64,000 nt of DNA, taken from the NCBI GenBank assembly GCA_963829525.1, contig CAWHIJ010000003.1, positions 1,216,001-1,280,000 on the forward strand, given 5' to 3'. Shown piece by piece: positions 55,648-64,000 of this stretch. Within the stretch, counting starts at the first letter, position 1, and every line of letters begins with the position of its first letter. The position numbers were made by a program, and so were the translations under genes. Source of the DNA: an uncultured Actinomycetota bacterium (GTDB lineage: Bacteria; Actinomycetota; Actinomycetes; JAHEKZ01). The notes under the pieces are model-generated. The model did not search any database and had not been told where the DNA came from. It saw only the letters and a program-made list of their open reading frames with translations.

Positions 55648-56682
55648 ATGGTGCAAATCCTCGCCCAGACGCCAGCGGATGCTGGCTTCGCGATGCCTGC
55701 TGAGTGGGACGAGCACGCTGGGTGTCTAATGGCGTGGCCCACCCGCAGCGAGCTCTGGGGTACTCGTCTGGTGGAGGCCAAACGCGACTATGCAGCCGTT
55801 GCCCGCGCAGTCGCCGGATTCGAGCCCCTCACCATGGTTTGCCCGCCCGGATCCGAGAGGGAGGTGCGAGACCTCTGCGGCAGCGACGTCCGATCCCTTG
55901 CGGCTCCCCTCAACGACTCGTGGATCCGCGACAACGGACCCACCTTCGTCCGCAACGGAGCCGGCGAGGTAGCCATCGTCAGTTTCGAGTTCAACGCCTG
56001 GGGTGAGCGTTGGCATCCTTACGACAGCGATAACGCACTGCCCGAGAGAATCGCTGACCACTTCGGTGTACCGATGTTTCGCGCGCCGTTGGTGCTGGAG
56101 GGCGGTTCGTTCTTCGTCGACGGCGAGGGGACGGTGCTGACGACCGAACAGTGCCTGCTCAATCCCAACCGGAACCCGGCGCTGTCCCGTGAGCAGATCG
56201 AGCAGGGACTCAGGGACTATCTGGGAGTTAGCACGGTCATCTGGCTGCCAGTGGGGCAGAGTCTCGACATCGGACCGGAAGGGACCGACGGTCACGTCGA
56301 TGGCATCGCGCAGTATGTGGCTCCTGGACGCATCGTGCTCGAGGCGCCCGGAAGTCCTGACGCGTCGGAGTACGAGACGGGCCGTCAGAACCTCGCCGTG
56401 CTGAAGGGCGTCACCGACGCTGTTGGTCGTGATCTCGATGTTGCCATCCTGGACGCGGGACCCGGCGACTCCAAGGCCTACTGCAACTACTACATCGCCA
56501 ACGGCGGGGTGATCGTTCCTGTGAGCGGTGTGAGCAGCGACGCGGCGATGCTGGAACTCATTGCCGGTCTCCACCCCGGACGCGAAGTTGTCGGGGTGCC
56601 AGGTGAGGTCATCGCCTTCGGCGGCGGTGGTCCACACTGCATCACCCAGCAAATCCCCGTCGGGCCACCAGCACGCGTCTGA
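55648..56682 (+). CDS. Agmatine deiminase family protein
   Basis: MPAEW, WIRD.GP, LEGG, DGHVD, GGGPHCITQQ. Confidence 0.93.
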   Translation: MVQILAQTPADAGFAMPAEWDEHAGCLMAWPTRSELWGTRLVEAKRDYAAVARAVAGFEPLTMVCPPGSEREVRDLCGSDVRSLAAPLNDSWIRDNGPTFVRNGAGEVAIVSFEFNAWGERWHPYDSDNALPERIADHFGVPMFRAPLVLEGGSFFVDGEGTVLTTEQCLLNPNRNPALSREQIEQGLRDYLGVSTVIWLPVGQSLDIGPEGTDGHVDGIAQYVAPGRIVLEAPGSPDASEYETGRQNLAVLKGVTDAVGRDLDVAILDAGPGDSKAYCNYYIANGGVIVPVSGVSSDAAMLELIAGLHPGREVVGVPGEVIAFGGGGPHCITQQIPVGPPARV

Positions 56683-56692
56683 TCTCGCAGCG

Positions 56693-57283
56693 ATGACGCA
56701 ACGACGGTCGAAGGGGATCGAGCGGGAACTCTCGGTCGTGACAGCTGCTGCCGAGCTGATTGCCGAGCAAGGGCTGGCGCAGCTACGCATGTCTGACGTT
56801 GCCGACCGCGCCGGGATGAGTGTTGGACACGTCACGTACTACTTCCCGTCGAAGAGCCAGCTGCTGGTACGAGCCGTCCAACAGAGCGAGGAACGGTTCC
56901 AGACGGAGGTACGAAACGCGCTTCAGCACCAGAACGATGCTTGGGACCGGCTAGGTGCACTCGTTGAACTGGCTGCCGCGTCCGGGCCCAACGACCCCGG
57001 CTGGCTGCTGTGGTTCGAGGTGTGGGGAAATGCCGCTGTCGATCCTGAGGTGGCAGAGGTGCAGCGCCAGCTGGACGGTTGGTGGCGCCAGCAGATGTCT
57101 GACGTCATTGCCTACGGCACGGCTCAGGGTTCCTTTCATGCCGCTGACAACGTTCGTGTCGTTTCGGTTCTTTCGGCGCTGACCGACGGTTTGTCGGTGC
57201 AGCTCACCCTCGGAAGCGACGCCGTGGACCGCGCAGAGCTGATCGACATCGTGATGGATGTCGCACGCGACCTGATGGCGTGA
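56693..57283 (+). CDS. TetR family regulator (BetI-like C-terminus)
   Basis: HTH VADRAGMS.G..YYFPSK; G...G.F. Confidence 0.9.
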   Translation: MTQRRSKGIERELSVVTAAAELIAEQGLAQLRMSDVADRAGMSVGHVTYYFPSKSQLLVRAVQQSEERFQTEVRNALQHQNDAWDRLGALVELAAASGPNDPGWLLWFEVWGNAAVDPEVAEVQRQLDGWWRQQMSDVIAYGTAQGSFHAADNVRVVSVLSALTDGLSVQLTLGSDAVDRAELIDIVMDVARDLMA

Positions 57284-57410
57284 GTGGCCGACGATATGCA
57301 AGGCTCGACGACGGTGGGTGGCGAGTCGCATCAGAATTGGCGCGGCCATCCGGGTGGACTTCGGATTGATTGGCTGCGCAGTTTAGGGGGCGTGCGTCAA
57401 GGTTCTGGCA

Positions 57411-58520
57411 ATGTCTGACGACAAACCCATGGTGACCTTTGCTTCTGGTCCTTCCGAACCCGACGACGCCCTCCATGAGGACGTCGTCCGTTCCGCTCTG
57501 CCCGTATTGGGTGTTTTGAGCACCCTGACCATGGCCGGCCTCGCAGGGGCGGCAGCGGTGTCCGGCCTAGGGACGGCGGCCGTCGCCGGGCTCGCTGCTG
57601 CTACCGGGCTGTTGACGGTGCTCTCGGTCGCCGCCTATGCGTGGCGAGAGTGGCTTCCGCTCCCTGAGGTCGCCGCGGTGAGCACCGTGCTTCTACCGGC
57701 GGGTGGGGGGGTGGTGGGGCTGGTCCTCTCCGATGACGTGACCTGGTCGTTGGGTGCTCTTGCGGCTTTGGGGCTGGTGGGGGCCAGCGTGGTCTCCACG
57801 CGCTGGGTCGTTGCCGCCGTCTACACCGTCTGGGTCGGCTGGCTGGCCGGTCTTGCGGCAGCAAACCTCCCCGAATGGCCCCTGGGCTGGCTCGGTGCTG
57901 GTGCCGTTGTAACGGCATCGTCGGTCATGGCCTCGGTAAGCAGACGTCAGATGTCAGAGCGGATCGCTGAGCTCGCAGCTGGCGCTGATCAAGCCTCGGT
58001 CCGTGACCCCCTGACCGGGCTTGTCAACCGCCAAGGGTTGTCCATGATGGGCCAACAGATTGTCGAGAACGCCCGAAGGTCGGGGGACGCAGTGCACTGC
58101 GTCTATATCGACATCGACCAGCTACGTCACGTCAATGAGGTGTCCGGTCACGAGGCCGGCGATGACGTCGTGGTCGCCATCGCCGACGCTCTCCGGACGA
58201 TCACTCGAGGCACTGACATCGTCGCTCGATGGGGTGGCGATGAGTTCTGTATCGTCGGCCCAGGCCCGGGAATGAGCCCCATGGAGCTCGAGCGTCGCCT
58301 GCGCGAGAGGGTACTCCAGAGCCCTCCGGTACCTGTTGACGTCTGGGAGCCCAAAGTGTGCGCGGGCGGAGCCATGCTTGCCCCCTGGGACTCTGGAACG
58401 CTCGACACCCTCTTGGGCAAAGCTGACCAGGAGATGTATCTGAGGCGTGCGCTCCGCCGTGGCGGGCCGCGGTCGCGGACAGTGGCCCCTGCCGATGGGG
58501 AGCAGCAGCCCAACAGCTGA
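57411..58520 (+). CDS. Membrane-bound diguanylate cyclase
   Basis: Several N-terminal TMs, DPLTGL.NR, RxxD I-site (RGTD), GGDEF. Confidence 0.92.
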   Translation: MSDDKPMVTFASGPSEPDDALHEDVVRSALPVLGVLSTLTMAGLAGAAAVSGLGTAAVAGLAAATGLLTVLSVAAYAWREWLPLPEVAAVSTVLLPAGGGVVGLVLSDDVTWSLGALAALGLVGASVVSTRWVVAAVYTVWVGWLAGLAAANLPEWPLGWLGAGAVVTASSVMASVSRRQMSERIAELAAGADQASVRDPLTGLVNRQGLSMMGQQIVENARRSGDAVHCVYIDIDQLRHVNEVSGHEAGDDVVVAIADALRTITRGTDIVARWGGDEFCIVGPGPGMSPMELERRLRERVLQSPPVPVDVWEPKVCAGGAMLAPWDSGTLDTLLGKADQEMYLRRALRRGGPRSRTVAPADGEQQPNS

Positions 58521-58616
58521 CCGACTCCCTGACGTCCAGCGTCCGTGCGCCCCGAGGGTTGGAGCGCGTGACGTGGTCAACGTGCTTCGATCGGAGGGGG
58601 ACTACCCTCGGTTGTC

Positions 58617-61127
58617 GTGACCGAACCGACCCCCTCTGGTGCGCCCATCGAGGCTCGCGAGCACCGCGAGACCTACGACGTCTTCGCTACCCAGGAGAAG
58701 TGGCTACCCGTCTGGGACGAGCTCGCACCCTTTCGCTCCGGCGACCCGGCTGACGAGCGGCCCAAGAAGTACGTGCTCGACATGTTTCCCTATCCGTCGG
58801 GTGACCTGCACATGGGCCACGCTGAGGCGTACGCGCTCGGTGACGTCGTCGCCCGCTACTGGGTGCAGCGTGGGTTCAACGTCATGCATCCGATCGGTTG
58901 GGACGCCTTCGGGTTGCCGGCTGAGAACGCCGCGATCAAGCGGGGGATCGATCCAGCCGCCTGGACGTACGAGAACATTGCTACCCAAAAGGCCTCCATG
59001 CGTCGCTACGCCTGCTCGTTCGACTGGGACCGCGTCCTGAACACGTGCGATCCGGAGTTCTACCGGTGGAACCAGTGGCTCTTCCTGCGACTGTTTGAGA
59101 AGGGACTGGCCTACCGCAAGCCGTCACAGGTCAACTGGTGCCCGAACGACCAGACGGTGCTGGCCAACGAACAAGTCGTCGGCGGTTTGTGTGAGCGGTG
59201 TGACACGCCCGTCACCAAGAAGAAGCTGACGCAGTGGTACTTCCGCATCACCGACTACGCCGACCGCCTGCTCGACGACATGTTGCAGCTGGAAGGTCAG
59301 TGGCCCGAGAAGGTGCTGCTCATGCAGCGCAACTGGATCGGTCGGTCTGCCGGAGCAGACGTCGTCTTCGAGATCGAGGACCGCGGCGAACCCGTGACGA
59401 TCTACACCACGCGCCCGGACACCCTCTTTGGTGCAACGTTCTTTGTGGTGGCAGCTGATTCAGATCTCGCGGCCGAACTTGTCTCAGGCGCATCCGCTGA
59501 TGTGCAGCAGGCGTTCGACCAATACCTGGCGAAGGTGCGACAGACCTCTGAGATCGACCGGCTGGCCACCGATCGGCCGAAGACCGGCGTCTTCCTGGAG
59601 CGGTACGCGGTCAACCCGGTCAATGGTGAACGGCTGCCGATCTACGCCGCCGACTACGTCCTCGCCGACTACGGTCACGGCGCGATCATGGCTGTGCCCG
59701 CGCACGACCAGCGCGACCTCGACTTCGCCCGAGCCTTCGACCTGCCGGTGCGCGTTGTTGTGGACACCGGAGAGGAAGACCCGATGGCCTCGGGTGTGGC
59801 CACCACCGGCGACGGCCAGCTGGTCAACTCCGGATCACTGGACGGGCTCGGCAAGACCGAAGCCATCGACACGATCGTCGCCGAGCTCAGCGCGAAGCAG
59901 CACGGCAACGCCGCCATCAACTACCGACTGCGCGACTGGCTCATCTCACGTCAGCGCTACTGGGGGACGCCGATCCCGATCGTGCACTGCCCTGATTGTG
60001 GTGAGGTGCCGGTTCCCGACGCCCAGCTACCGGTTGTTCTGCCCCCGTCTGCAGGTCTGGACATGAAGCCCAAAGGAACGTCACCGCTCGGTGGTGCCAC
60101 CGACTGGGTCAACGTCCCGTGCCCCACCTGCGAAGGCCCGGCCACCCGGGACACCGACACGATGGACACCTTCGTCGACTCGTCGTGGTACTTCCTGCGC
60201 TATCTCGACCCACATCTGCAAGCGGCGCCGTTCGACGTGGAATCGGCCAAGGAGTGGATGCCGGTTGATCAGTATGTAGGCGGGGTGACGCATGCCATCT
60301 TGCACCTGCTCTACAGCAGGTTCTTCACCAAGGTGCTATTCGACCTCGGATATGTCGACTTCGTCGAGCCCTTCACCCGCCTGCTGAACCAGGGCATGGT
60401 CGTCATGAATGGTTCGGCGATGAGCAAGTCGCGCGGAAACATGGTACGGCTCTCGGACGAGCTCGCTGAGAATGGTGTCGACGCCATCCGTCTCAGCATG
60501 GTGTTCGCCGGGCCGCCCGAGGATGACGTCGACTGGGCTGACCTGTCGGCGACCGGCTCGCGCAAGTTCTTGGCGAGAGCGTGGCGGCTCGCCGGTGACG
60601 TCGGCTCGCCCCCTGGAGTCGACCCTGCCACAGGTGACCTCGCACTGCGGAAAGCAACGCATCGGGCGCTGCATGACGGTGCTCATGCGGTCGAGACCTT
60701 CCGCTTCAACTCGCTGGTGGCGCGCACGATGGAGCTGGTCAATAGCACCCGCAAAGCCATCGATTCTGGCCCCGGTCCGGCAGACCCTGCTGTGCGCGAG
60801 GCGGCCGAGGCGGTCGCCATCATGCTCTCACTGGTCGTGCCGTACACCGCCGAGGAGATGTGGAATCGACTTGGGCACCAGCCCACCGTTGCGCGTGTGG
60901 GCTGGCCAGCAGTTGACGAATCGTTGCTCGTTGCGGACGTGGTCACTTGCGTTGTGCAGGTCTCCGGCAAGGTGCGCGCGCGTCTGGAGGTGTCGCCGGC
61001 GGTCGCGGAGGATGAGCTACGCGCGCTGGCGATGGCAGACGCAAACGTGCAACGCTCCCTTGACGGTCGCGAGGTTCGCACTGTGATCGTGCGTGCCCCG
61101 AAACTGGTCAACATCGTGCCGGTATGA
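58617..61127 (+). CDS. leuS: Leucine--tRNA ligase
   Basis: MFPYPSG.LHMGH, TTRPDT, AMSKS. Confidence 0.97.
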   Translation: MTEPTPSGAPIEAREHRETYDVFATQEKWLPVWDELAPFRSGDPADERPKKYVLDMFPYPSGDLHMGHAEAYALGDVVARYWVQRGFNVMHPIGWDAFGLPAENAAIKRGIDPAAWTYENIATQKASMRRYACSFDWDRVLNTCDPEFYRWNQWLFLRLFEKGLAYRKPSQVNWCPNDQTVLANEQVVGGLCERCDTPVTKKKLTQWYFRITDYADRLLDDMLQLEGQWPEKVLLMQRNWIGRSAGADVVFEIEDRGEPVTIYTTRPDTLFGATFFVVAADSDLAAELVSGASADVQQAFDQYLAKVRQTSEIDRLATDRPKTGVFLERYAVNPVNGERLPIYAADYVLADYGHGAIMAVPAHDQRDLDFARAFDLPVRVVVDTGEEDPMASGVATTGDGQLVNSGSLDGLGKTEAIDTIVAELSAKQHGNAAINYRLRDWLISRQRYWGTPIPIVHCPDCGEVPVPDAQLPVVLPPSAGLDMKPKGTSPLGGATDWVNVPCPTCEGPATRDTDTMDTFVDSSWYFLRYLDPHLQAAPFDVESAKEWMPVDQYVGGVTHAILHLLYSRFFTKVLFDLGYVDFVEPFTRLLNQGMVVMNGSAMSKSRGNMVRLSDELAENGVDAIRLSMVFAGPPEDDVDWADLSATGSRKFLARAWRLAGDVGSPPGVDPATGDLALRKATHRALHDGAHAVETFRFNSLVARTMELVNSTRKAIDSGPGPADPAVREAAEAVAIMLSLVVPYTAEEMWNRLGHQPTVARVGWPAVDESLLVADVVTCVVQVSGKVRARLEVSPAVAEDELRALAMADANVQRSLDGREVRTVIVRAPKLVNIVPV

Positions 61128-61966
61128 GCCACACAGTCGCTGTCGTCACTGACTCCACCGCCTACCTGCCTGCAGTGCAGGCGTTGGCGGCAATGGTGAC
61201 CGTGGTGCCGGTGCAGGTGATTGTCGGCGGTGAAACCTTCGACGAGACGGATGTGTCGTCGAAGGACATAGCTGAGGCGCTCCGCGAGTGGCGACCCATC
61301 TCGACATCACGTCCATCTCCGTCTGTTTTCGCGGAGGTGTACGAGCGCTTGGCTGTCGAAGGCGCTGAAGAAATCGTGTCAGTCCACCTATCCGGTGCGA
61401 TGTCGGCGACCGTCGAGTCGGCCGAGCTCGCGACGAAGGAGGTCTCGGTTCCGGTCCGAGTCATCGACAGCAGGTCGATCGGAATGGGGTTGGGGTTCCC
61501 CGTCCTAGCCGCAGCTCAGGCCGCTGCGTCCGGTGCAGACGCCGATCGCGTCGAGCAGATTGCCCGCAGCCGGTGTGCCTCGGCGTCGGTGCTCTTCTAC
61601 GTCGACACCCTCGAGTACCTGCGTCGCGGTGGGCGGATCGGCAAGGCCGCGGCGCTGGTCGGGTCTGCGCTGTCGGTCAAGCCGTTGCTGCACCTGGTCG
61701 ACGGCAATGTGACGCCCCTGGAGAAGGTGCGAACGACGTCCAAGGCGCTGACCCGACTTGAAGAGCTGACGCTGGAACGGGTAGGTGATGGTGCAGCTGA
61801 CGTCGCTGTGCAGCACCTGGCCAACGCCGACCGAGCCCATGCATTGGCGGCGCGGATTCAAGAGAGTGCCGGGGGAGCGGTGGCGGTGACCGTTGGCGAA
61901 GTCGGCGCTGTTGTCGGTGCGCACGTCGGGCCGGGGATGATCGCGGTCGCGGTCTGTCCTCGGTAG
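61124..61966 (+). CDS. DegV family fatty-acid-binding protein
   Basis: VTDSTA, TSRPS, L..GGRIG, H.GPG. Confidence 0.93.
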   Translation: MSHTVAVVTDSTAYLPAVQALAAMVTVVPVQVIVGGETFDETDVSSKDIAEALREWRPISTSRPSPSVFAEVYERLAVEGAEEIVSVHLSGAMSATVESAELATKEVSVPVRVIDSRSIGMGLGFPVLAAAQAAASGADADRVEQIARSRCASASVLFYVDTLEYLRRGGRIGKAAALVGSALSVKPLLHLVDGNVTPLEKVRTTSKALTRLEELTLERVGDGAADVAVQHLANADRAHALAARIQESAGGAVAVTVGEVGAVVGAHVGPGMIAVAVCPR

Positions 61967-61974
61967 TCCCCGGT

Positions 61975-62604
61975 TTACGGCCACGTGGGGTCGTTTGGTG
62001 CCACGTCCCATTTGCCCCGATCGACACACTCATTGTTCTGGTAGGCGGCGGGCATCCTGGGGTAAATCTCGGAGTAGTAGCGCTCCGCGACGGATCGGGC
62101 TTCGTCAGGTGTTGCGCCCAGCCACCCAGCCACATCGTCGAGTCGTTGCAGCGCCTGACATTCAGTCTCGGCCTCGCTGAGGATTCCGGAGAGGTGGTAC
62201 GACTCGTGAGTCAGCACTTGGACCGCAACTATCTGGTTGAGCGTGGGATTGATCTTGTCGCCGTGCAGGTAGTCGCGCAGGTCGTTACACGCGTCTCGCT
62301 CGATGCGGCCGGTGTCGGTGGGGGAACCGTCCGCATTGAAAGGAACGTATCCAGCCTCGGCGGTGGGATCGAGCAGCGCGCCACCGAACCGCTGGCACTC
62401 CATGCTGACGTCGCGTTCGGCGATCCTCGTGGCGATCGCCGAGAACTCATTCTGGTCTGATCGGAAACCCCACTCTTGCCATCCCAGCAACAGCGCGGGT
62501 ACCAGCAGGAGCGGGATCAAGATCTTGTGGTGGTGTCCCATGGCATGGCGAACCGAGGCCCCCGCGGATCCGGCGAGCAGGGCAAGCACAATCCAGAAGC
62601 GCAC
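61975..62604 (-). CDS. Membrane-anchored hypothetical protein with HExxH motif
   Basis: Two N-terminal TMs; LTHESYH..EAETEC; four Cys. Confidence 0.7.
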   Translation of the reverse strand: MRFWIVLALLAGSAGASVRHAMGHHHKILIPLLLVPALLLGWQEWGFRSDQNEFSAIATRIAERDVSMECQRFGGALLDPTAEAGYVPFNADGSPTDTGRIERDACNDLRDYLHGDKINPTLNQIVAVQVLTHESYHLSGILSEAETECQALQRLDDVAGWLGATPDEARSVAERYYSEIYPRMPAAYQNNECVDRGKWDVAPNDPTWP

Positions 62605-62734
62605 TCTCCAGGATCGGCAGACATCGGCACGGGCTGGAGTCGGTTTCGGTCATCCCCAGGGAAGAGTCGTGGGCTTCTCCCCAACCGCGCCCGGGTCGCC
62701 AGCGGCTCGATCCCGCACTGCATATCGTCGCGCC

Positions 62735-63562
62735 ATGCTTGGATCCGGACGCCTTGACGGCGCTGAGGCGCGTGCTCGCCTGCGGTCAATCACCCCTCGG
62801 TGGGTGCCGACCGAAGCCGACATCGACGACGCGGCTCGGGGCCGTGACGCGTCGCCCAGTGCCTCCGCTGCCGGCCCTCTCCCGGGGCTGGGCCGGCACG
62901 CCCTTCCCGAGCGGCAACGGTGGACGTGGCGCCTTGATGCAGCAGCGGCACGTGGACTCATCTCTCTCGCATTGGCCGCTCTGGTTGGTGCGCTCATCGT
63001 GGTCATCGCGGGATGGCCGCGCGGCGATGCAGCCCCTCGCGTTGGAACGGTGCGAGAAGGTAACGAGACTCCAGTGCGGAACGTCCTCGCGCAGCCGTCC
63101 CCCTCATCGTCGACTTCTGGGGTGGTTGTCGTTGACGTTGACGGTGAGGTGCGGCATCCGGGCGTCGTCGAGCTTCCGGGTGGGTCGAGGGTCGTTGACG
63201 CGATCGACGCGGCCGGAGGTGTCAAACCAAAGGGAGATACCGGCGCGCTGAACTTGGCTCAGGTGTTGCTCGACGGAGAACAGGTGGTAGTTCCGAACGA
63301 GGCTGACGCTGCGGGTCCGGCCGAGCAGGGAGCGGTGGCAAGCCCAACGCCAGGAGTCGCTCCGACGACGGGGATGGTCAACCTCAACACCGCCACTGAG
63401 GTTGAGCTCGAGACGCTGCCCGGCATCGGACCGGTCCTGGCCGCCGCGATCGTCGAGTGGCGCACGCAAAACGGCGGCTTCACGTCCATCGAGCAGCTGC
63501 AGGACGTTTCTGGGATCGGACCGAGCACTTTTGCTGACCTTGCTCCGCTCGTAAGCCTGTAG
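62735..63562 (+). CDS. comEA: ComEA DNA-binding protein
   Basis: TM, SLBB domain (V.G.V..PG, RV.DAI.AAGG), HhH LPGIGP. Confidence 0.92.
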   Translation: MLGSGRLDGAEARARLRSITPRWVPTEADIDDAARGRDASPSASAAGPLPGLGRHALPERQRWTWRLDAAAARGLISLALAALVGALIVVIAGWPRGDAAPRVGTVREGNETPVRNVLAQPSPSSSTSGVVVVDVDGEVRHPGVVELPGGSRVVDAIDAAGGVKPKGDTGALNLAQVLLDGEQVVVPNEADAAGPAEQGAVASPTPGVAPTTGMVNLNTATEVELETLPGIGPVLAAAIVEWRTQNGGFTSIEQLQDVSGIGPSTFADLAPLVSL

Positions 63563-64000
63563 TGCCAGATCGGCCGTTGGACCTTCGCCTCACACTTCCC
63601 GTCGTAGCGCTTTGGGCCGGGTCCTGGCTTGCGCCGCTGCTCGCACCGCCGATTGTGCTGGTCGTTGCACTGGTTCTTGGACTAGCACTGGTTCTGAGCA
63701 CCCGCTGGCTTGCCGGCCTGGCGATTGCTGCTGTTGCCCTGTTCCTCGTTGGAGCAGCGTCGATGTCGCTGCGTGTGATGCACCTCGACTCCAATCCGCT
63801 ATCGACGTGGGTCGCAGAGCAACGTCACGTGGACATCACCGGGGTTGTGACTTCTGACCCGGAGTTCGAACGCCGCCAGTCGTTCGGAAGCGGCAACCAG
63901 CTGCAGGTGCGGGTCGAGGTCCGTGCTGAGAGCGTGACGTCCGCCGGTGAGGCGCTTGACGTGCGCTCGCCCGTACTGGTCGTTGGTGACGGTGATGGTT
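63562..64000 (+). CDS. comEC: ComEC/Rec2 competence protein, N-terminal part (runs off window)
   Basis: GTG overlapping the comEA stop; DLRL...W start, TMs, OB-like G.V.SDP. Confidence 0.8.
   Translation, partial: MPDRPLDLRLTLPVVALWAGSWLAPLLAPPIVLVVALVLGLALVLSTRWLAGLAIAAVALFLVGAASMSLRVMHLDSNPLSTWVAEQRHVDITGVVTSDPEFERRQSFGSGNQLQVRVEVRAESVTSAGEALDVRSPVLVVGDGDG

Noticed and set aside
32598-56835. Long antisense or alternate-frame ORFs (e.g. 32598-34028, 43991-45451, 49150-50253, 55726-56835)
   Set aside because: Shadows of real high-GC genes with no recognisable motifs
57395-57425. Sigma-28-like promoter for the GGDEF gene
   Set aside because: The -10 match (GACGAC vs GCCGAT) is too weak

Overview
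High-GC actinomycete chromosome segment, mostly conserved core genes in canonical order: glbO-mscS-POP / HNH-ctaJ-ctaI / pepN / bioY-rpiB-nei; tRNA-Gly/tRNA-Pro-tig-clpP1-clpP2-clpX; valS / folC-DUF4233-ndk-mreBCD-mrdA-rodA; the TIGR03960/TIGR03936 radical SAM pair; rne-rplU-rpmA-obgE-proB-proA-nadD-LCP-rsfS-His phosphatase-tRNA-Ala; leuS-degV-comEA-comEC. There are two accessory zones. One is ~11.7-25.4 kb, behind the tRNA-Gly 3' end (Eis, DinB, beta-CASP nuclease, furA-katG, MFS, SpoIIE phosphatase, oxidoreductases, a RelE/Phd TA pair, integrase-boundary-like motifs but no integrase). The other is ~55.5-58.5 kb, behind tRNA-Ala (agmatine deiminase, TetR, diguanylate cyclase). I see no CRISPR, rRNA, transposase or intact prophage. 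The most striking pattern is 16 single-base frameshifts confined to two ~4 kb blocks (15.5-19.2 kb and 40.8-45.1 kb). All can be placed at third codon positions, and 13 of the 14 insertions read as two synonymous codons merged into 4 nt (e.g. TGT/TGC -> TGTC). This most likely reflects two co-occurring alleles collapsed in the consensus, so katG, furA, rodA, rne and the others are probably intact. I found no convincing novel multi-gene system. All family assignments are from recalled motifs and synteny, not database searches.
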